A model generated the notes under the pieces. It worked only from the letters and a program-made list of their open reading frames with translations, ran no database searches and was not told the DNA's origin. A DNA stretch of 32,000 bases, taken from NCBI RefSeq assembly GCF_000406145.1, contig NZ_CM001976.1:4177472-4209471 (forward strand), written 5' to 3'. This DNA is from Dickeya dadantii NCPPB 898 (GTDB lineage Bacteria > Pseudomonadota > Gammaproteobacteria > Enterobacterales > Enterobacteriaceae). The position numbers and the translations under genes were made by a program. The first letter of the stretch is position 1, and the number at the start of each line of letters is the position of its first letter. Of the stretch, positions 27,853 to 32,000 are shown piece by piece.

Positions 27853-29523
27853 TCAGAACGACGTCCAGTCGTCGCCGGCCTTCTCCTGTCGGGAGGTCTG
27901 ACTCAGGTTCGCCAGCGCGGCCACCTTCCCGGCCGGTTTGAGTTCCCGGCGCGCCGCCGTGGCGTCGGCCACGCCCGGCAGTTTGAATACCGAGACAATC
28001 TCGTTCAGGTGATGCGCCTGTTCTTCCAGCGAAGACGACGTCGCCGAAGACTGTTCGACCAGCGCCGCGTTCTGCTGCGTCACGCTATCCATTTGCGTGA
28101 TGGCCGTTCCCACCTGGGAAATGCCCTTGCTCTGCTCGCTGGACGCCGAGGCGATTTCCCCCATGATATCCGTCACATTGATGACCGACTTCAGGATGTC
28201 CTCCATCGACTTGCTGGCCAGCGATACCTGCTCGTAGCCATTTTTGACATTGTCTACCGACTCGTCGATCAGGGTTTTGATTTCCTTCGCCGCCTGGGCG
28301 CTGCGCTGGGCCAGATTTCTGACCTCGCTCGCCACCACCGCGAACCCGCGCCCGGCTTCTCCGGCGCGCGCCGCTTCCACCGCCGCATTCAGCGCCAGGA
28401 TATTGGTCTGGAAGGCAATACTGTCGATCACATTGATGATATCGACGATTTTCTGCGAACTGTGGGTGATGTTCTGCATGCTGTTGCTTACCGCTTTCAC
28501 CACGTCGCCGCCGTTGTTGGCCGCTTTTGACGCATCCCGCGCCAGCGAACTGGCCTGATGGGCGCTATCCGCGTTCTGTTTCACCACCGCGCTCAGCTGT
28601 TCCATGCTGGCGGCGGTTTCGCTCAGGGCGGCGGCCTGTTCTTCGGTGCGAGAGGACAGGTCGGCGTTACCGGCGGCGATCTCGCTGCTGCCGTGATAAA
28701 TCTCGCTGGCGCTCCGGCGAATATCGGCCACCGTTTTTATCCAGTTCTGCTGCATGGCGTTAACAAACGGAATTAACTGCCCAATCTCATTACGCCCCAT
28801 TTCGCCAATTGTCGAATCCAGTTGCCCGTTCGACAGAATCTGCAAATGCGCTTTAACCTTTTCCAGCGGGCGGCCCATTTGAATAGCGAGATAGCGGTCG
28901 GTTAATATCACCACGCACAACCCAACAATCATGGCGACGATCAGCGTAACCTTACACCAGTATACCCAGGCTGAAATGCGGGCCTGCGCATCGGTTTTCA
29001 GGTTTTTAATAATCTGGTTATATTCGTTAATGGCGGTGGTGAATTTTACCCGCAGCGGGTTGTATTTCTCCCTGACGAGTTTGTTATAGGCATCGTGATT
29101 ATTCTGCCTGACCGCGTCCAGCATCGGCACAATCGCTTCGCTGAACAGCTGGTAGGAACTATTGTAAATATCATCAATGATGTTGCTGCTGATATTGGCG
29201 TGGTCGGTAGCCTTGAACTGCGCCAGCCCGCCTTTCAGAAAATCCACGTCCGCCGCGGCATCGTTAAGCAACGTGCGCACGCGATCGCTGTTATTTTCGG
29301 CAATGGCCGCTTCATCCATCGACAATTTAACTTTGTAGTAACGATCGCTGGCGCCGTTAATAATGTCGCCGTTAGTTTGCTGCACATTCGTCAGGCCAAT
29401 CTCGCCGGTCAGACTATTTAGTGAATACAGAGAAAAAAACGACACTCCGCCCCATAACAGGGTGAATATGATCAGGATAGCCAGCATCATAATTTTAACC
29501 CTGACGTTACAAATAAAACTCAT
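27853..29523 (-). CDS. Methyl-accepting chemotaxis protein with a four-helix-bundle periplasmic sensor and a C-terminal xWxxF tether
   Basis: There are two TM segments, a HAMP region and the highly conserved signalling hairpin 'IAFQTNILALNAAVEAARAGEAGRGFAVVASEVRNLAQRSA'. The C-terminal 'DDWTSF' resembles the NWETF CheR/CheB docking pentapeptide. An RBS GAGAGG lies upstream. Confidence 0.92.
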   Translation of the reverse strand: MSFICNVRVKIMMLAILIIFTLLWGGVSFFSLYSLNSLTGEIGLTNVQQTNGDIINGASDRYYKVKLSMDEAAIAENNSDRVRTLLNDAAADVDFLKGGLAQFKATDHANISSNIIDDIYNSSYQLFSEAIVPMLDAVRQNNHDAYNKLVREKYNPLRVKFTTAINEYNQIIKNLKTDAQARISAWVYWCKVTLIVAMIVGLCVVILTDRYLAIQMGRPLEKVKAHLQILSNGQLDSTIGEMGRNEIGQLIPFVNAMQQNWIKTVADIRRSASEIYHGSSEIAAGNADLSSRTEEQAAALSETAASMEQLSAVVKQNADSAHQASSLARDASKAANNGGDVVKAVSNSMQNITHSSQKIVDIINVIDSIAFQTNILALNAAVEAARAGEAGRGFAVVASEVRNLAQRSAQAAKEIKTLIDESVDNVKNGYEQVSLASKSMEDILKSVINVTDIMGEIASASSEQSKGISQVGTAITQMDSVTQQNAALVEQSSATSSSLEEQAHHLNEIVSVFKLPGVADATAARRELKPAGKVAALANLSQTSRQEKAGDDWTSF

Positions 29524-29681
29524 TTAATACCTCTCGATCATGCGATTGATTATTAGTTTTATAGCTGTTGACTCGGGCTTATTTTAATTAATTGTTATCC
29601 GCCTCCTTTTATCGCAGCAGAGATGCCTGCTATATCGGCCATTCCGCCTTTTTATTTAACCGGCAAGCTGAAAATGATAAG

Positions 29682-29713
29682 TAAGAAATATATTTAAAAA
29701 AATATATTTCTTA
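29682..29713. repeat. Perfect 14-bp AT-rich palindrome (taagaaatatattt aaaa aaatatatttctta)
   Basis: Read directly from the sequence: arms at 29682-29695 and 29700-29713. Confidence 0.85.
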
Positions 29714-29890
29714 TTCGCTGGCAGACCGTATAAGAGCATAATGAAGGGTTTTCCCGGCGTTAAAACTGTGCTGAGGTGAGCGGCTTCGTCGTGTGAGCTG
29801 CATGGATGATGAGATGGCCGCTCCAACTTAGGCGGCGTCGTTTTTGCCATACTGAGAGCATCACACTTCAGTTACAGCAGGAGCGTCCAC
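29714..29890 (+). ncRNA. Non-coding leader upstream of the IS110-family transposase fragment; speculative bridge-RNA-type ncRNA locus
   Basis: This 177 nt has no credible ORF. Local stems include gagcggc (29778-29784) pairing with gccgctc (29817-29823). IS110-group elements carry a structured ncRNA in the non-coding end upstream of the recombinase gene. No covariance model was run. Confidence 0.2.
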
Positions 29891-30105
29891 ATGCAAGTAT
29901 CAGGCCTTGGCATTGATTTGGCAGTAAAATGTTTTCTCAGCTTCATGGCGTTGATCATTGCGGGGCACAACTGTATTGCGCCTGCTCCTGCGCAGAAACG
30001 CATTGCTGCCATTTCTGGCGCAGTTGTCGCCCTGTTTAATTGGTATGGAAGCCTGTGCATCAGCTCATCACTTCGCTCGTCGTTTGATGCAGTACGGCGC
30101 TGACG
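29891..30105 (+). mobile_element. IS110-family (DEDD) transposase gene, 5' fragment only, frameshifted (pseudogene remnant)
   Basis: AGGAG is followed 7 nt later by an ATG. Across three reading frames the translation gives 'MQVSGLGIDLA', then 'FSQLHGVD', then 'RGTTVLRLLLRRNALLPFLAQLSPCLIGMEACASAHHFARRLMQYG'. This matches the N-terminal 'GIDLAKNVFQ.HGVD...CLIGMEACG.AHHWAR.L' pattern of IS110-family transposases. At least 2 frameshifts are present. Homology ends near 30098, where nifQ antisense begins. Confidence 0.75.
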
Positions 30106-30106
30106 G

Positions 30107-30538
30107 TCAGGTTGATTTTTTCCAGCTCATGTTGTGCCGTGTGTTCAGCGGGATCAGCTCCGGGACGCGATCGCTTATGCAGAGGCGCATTTGTGCAGCG
30201 GTAGTCCGACCCCAGATGCTGTTTTTGTTGCTGTGAAACGTAGCGAGGCAGCTGGCGATATTAGCTGATGCATACTGCGCGGCGTCCTGCTGATTCTGGT
30301 AAGGGTTCAGCCAGCACGGCCAGCTTGCGGCCGCTCTTCTGGCCGAGTTCTGTTGTGGTTCATTGATCAGCGACTGGCGCTGATCCCGCGCGGCGTTCGC
30401 TCCCGGCGCGGGCTGGTTCAGCCGCTGCCGCAGCGCCAGCCAGGCCGCCTCATCCAGCCCCATTAGCCGGGGGAAACAGGCTGCGCCGGCGTCATGTAGC
30501 GTCAGCAGTCGCCGCAGCCAGAACTCCGCCCCGTCCAT
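30107..30538 (-). pseudogene. nifQ: nifQ, 3'-truncated (lacks the C-terminal Cys-rich metal-binding motif)
   Basis: The ATG at 30538 overlaps the nifB stop (ATGA). 'FWLRRLLTLHDAGAACFPRLMGLDEAAWLALRQRL' and 'RLCISDRVPELIPLNTRHNMSWKK' parallel K. pneumoniae NifQ ('WLRRLWLLYHAGKGSFPLRMGL', 'LLMSDCFPQLVVMNEHNMRWKKFFY...'). The ORF stops 2 codons after WKK, where homologues continue for about 30 aa carrying the Cx4Cx2Cx5C motif. Confidence 0.8.
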
Positions 30539-31935
30539 CACGCCGCACCCTGCGCACGTTCCCCGGCGGGGCGTGCCTGCTGACGTTGCCGCCACCAGCG
30601 GCCCAGCACCTCGGCGACATTCTGCCAGGCCCCTTCCACGTTGGGCTGGATCCCCTGCTGCTCCAGCTTCTGCCACGGCGCATAGCCGATGCGGGCGCAA
30701 AACACCGCCTCTACGTCCGCCAGCAACGCCAGCATCGCCGCCATGCGATCTTCGCTGTCGGCGGGTTCGCAGTCATCGCTGCCACGGCAATATTTAGGCG
30801 CGAAACGTTCGTTGACCAGCACCACGCCCGCGGCCGACAGGCTGTAGATTTGAAAGCGTTCGGCATGGCCGAAATGGCAGTCGATCACCTCGCCGCCGGA
30901 CGACGCCACCGCCACCAGACAGGCATCCGGCTCTTCGGATTCGCCCCGCGAGGCGATGCTGGCGTGTACCTGCGCGCGCTGGTGCAACAGCGGCAGATAA
31001 GGTTGCGGCTCAGCGGGCAACGATGACAGCCGGAACTGCTGGCTACGGTCTTCCCCCAGCATGCCGATGGCGTCCGCCCGGCACTGCTGACAATGCGCCA
31101 TCTGCGGCATCGCCGCGCCGCACTGCGTCCGCACCGCCGCCAGCGCGTCGGCGTCCGGTTCCGGCTGGCCGTTGAGGCCGAACACCGTGCCGTGTTCCGG
31201 TCGGGCGATCAGCGGCATGATGTTGTGCAAAAATGCCCCCCAGCGCCGCGCCTGCTGGCTGACCTCGAACAAATGCCGATCGTTGATGCCGGGGATCAGT
31301 ACCGAGTTGATCTTCACCAGCACGCCGTTTTCCGTCAGTCGCCGGATCCCCTCCTGCTGGCGCTCCAGCAGGATCATGCCCGCCTCACGCCCGGTATAGC
31401 GATCGCCATCCAGCCACAGCCAGGCATAGATCTGCGCCGCAATATCCGCATCGAGCGCGTTGACCGTCACCGTGACGTGATCGACGCCGACATCCAGCAG
31501 CCGATCCACCGCCTCCGGCAGCATCAGACCGTTGGTGGACAGGCATAGCTTGAGGTCCGGCAACTGCTCGCGCAGCAGCGTCAGGGTGCGGAAGGTGCGG
31601 GCGATATTCGCCAGCGGGTCGCCCGGCCCGGCGATGCCGACCACCGACAGCTGCGGGATGGCCGCCGCCACCTGATGCGCTTTCGCCACCGCCTGCTCCG
31701 GCGTCAGCAGTTCGGACACCACGCCGGGCCGGGATTCGTTACTGCAATCGTATTTGCGATTGCAGTAGTGGCATTGCAGGTTACAGGCGGGCGCTACCGC
31801 CAGATGCATACGGGCGTAGTGATGGTGCCCGCTCACCGAGTAGCAGGGGTGATGCGCCACCTTGCTGGCTTGCAGCGGAGTAAAACGGTCGGTCTGGTCG
31901 GAACGGCAGCCGGATGCGGAAGGGCAGGATGTCAT
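30538..31935 (-). CDS. nifB: Nitrogenase FeMo-cofactor biosynthesis radical SAM protein NifB (with C-terminal NifX-like domain)
   Basis: 'HPCYSVSGHHHYARMHLAVAPACNLQCHYCNRKYDCSNESRPGV' includes the CxxxCxxC motif. The protein is near-collinear with Klebsiella NifB as I recall it, including 'LSVVGIAGPGDPLAN', 'LCLSTNG', 'INSVLIPGIND' and 'CRADAIGMLGEDRSQ'. Confidence 0.95.
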   Translation of the reverse strand: MTSCPSASGCRSDQTDRFTPLQASKVAHHPCYSVSGHHHYARMHLAVAPACNLQCHYCNRKYDCSNESRPGVVSELLTPEQAVAKAHQVAAAIPQLSVVGIAGPGDPLANIARTFRTLTLLREQLPDLKLCLSTNGLMLPEAVDRLLDVGVDHVTVTVNALDADIAAQIYAWLWLDGDRYTGREAGMILLERQQEGIRRLTENGVLVKINSVLIPGINDRHLFEVSQQARRWGAFLHNIMPLIARPEHGTVFGLNGQPEPDADALAAVRTQCGAAMPQMAHCQQCRADAIGMLGEDRSQQFRLSSLPAEPQPYLPLLHQRAQVHASIASRGESEEPDACLVAVASSGGEVIDCHFGHAERFQIYSLSAAGVVLVNERFAPKYCRGSDDCEPADSEDRMAAMLALLADVEAVFCARIGYAPWQKLEQQGIQPNVEGAWQNVAEVLGRWWRQRQQARPAGERAQGAA

Positions 31936-31975
31936 GGTTATGGCCTATGCGAAGAAAGAAATCATACCCGGAAGG

Positions 31976-31991
31976 TGCAAGAGCCATACCG
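31976..31991 (-). promoter_or_regulatory. Sigma54 (-24/-12) promoter of nifB
   Basis: The minus strand reads cGGTATGGCTCTTGCA, with GG-N10-GC spacing and an exact TTGCA -12 element. It is similar to the K. pneumoniae nifB promoter CTGGTACAGCATTTGCA as I remember it. It lies about 40 nt upstream of the ATG. Any NifA UAS would lie outside the window. Confidence 0.55.
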
Positions 31992-32000
31992 CATGACATA

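Noticed and set aside
30116-30236. Apparent continuation of the IS110 transposase on the plus strand ('RRICAAVVRPQMLF', reminiscent of 'AEAICEAV.RPNMRFV')
   Set aside because: The opposite strand over the same bases matches NifQ ('NSIWGRTTAAQMRLCISDRVPELIPLNTRHNMSWKK') much better and over a longer span. The plus-strand resemblance is judged coincidental.
30539-30700. 54-codon N-terminal extension of the nifQ ORF overlapping nifB
   Set aside because: NifQ homology begins at 'MDGAEFWLRRL'. The ATG at 30538 forms the typical ATGA junction with the nifB stop.

Overview
The window looks like chromosome from a nif-carrying member of the Enterobacterales. Supporting this are an E. coli-type tRNA-Gly(GCC), a JUMPStart/ops element, an abgRABT cluster and Klebsiella-like nifB/nifQ. 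A soft-rot Pectobacteriaceae (Dickeya-like) host is possible, but the genus cannot be fixed without a search. Layout, left to right: (1) Nt 1-229 is the 3' end of a probable queG. (2) Nt 512-11247 holds two identical, same-strand tRNA-Gly(GCC) genes. They bracket an AT-rich, ABC-transporter-dependent O-polysaccharide operon plus one GC-rich 2-hydroxyacid dehydrogenase gene. The operon is JUMPStart/ops, manC, manB, gmd, wzm, wzt, an Fcl-family epimerase/reductase and two glycosyltransferases. (3) An orphan hypothetical gene follows. (4) A GC-rich operon encodes an NtaA/SnaA/DszA-type flavin monooxygenase, two paralogous solute-binding proteins, a GNAT acetyltransferase, and an ABC permease and ATPase. 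It is divergent from a second luciferase-like oxidoreductase and matches the gene content of the Bacillus yxe/ytm S-substituted-cysteine salvage operons. (5) A secreted HSL-type esterase, then ohrR and ohr. (6) abgT-abgB-abgA with divergent abgR. (7) A methyl-accepting chemotaxis protein gene. (8) A frameshifted 5' fragment of an IS110-family transposase is fused to a 3'-truncated nifQ, followed by nifB with a sigma54-type promoter, so this is the end of a nif cluster. The items most worth follow-up: the Fcl-like enzyme has Ala at the catalytic-Cys position and may make a rare 6-deoxyhexose; the yxe-like operon has an in-frame 21-bp repeat in a signal peptide; the nifQ/IS110 deletion junction has a possible orphan bridge-RNA region; and there are several short tandem arrays plus a G-free leader before abgT. 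All family calls rest on reading the translations and on memory. No searches or computations were run.
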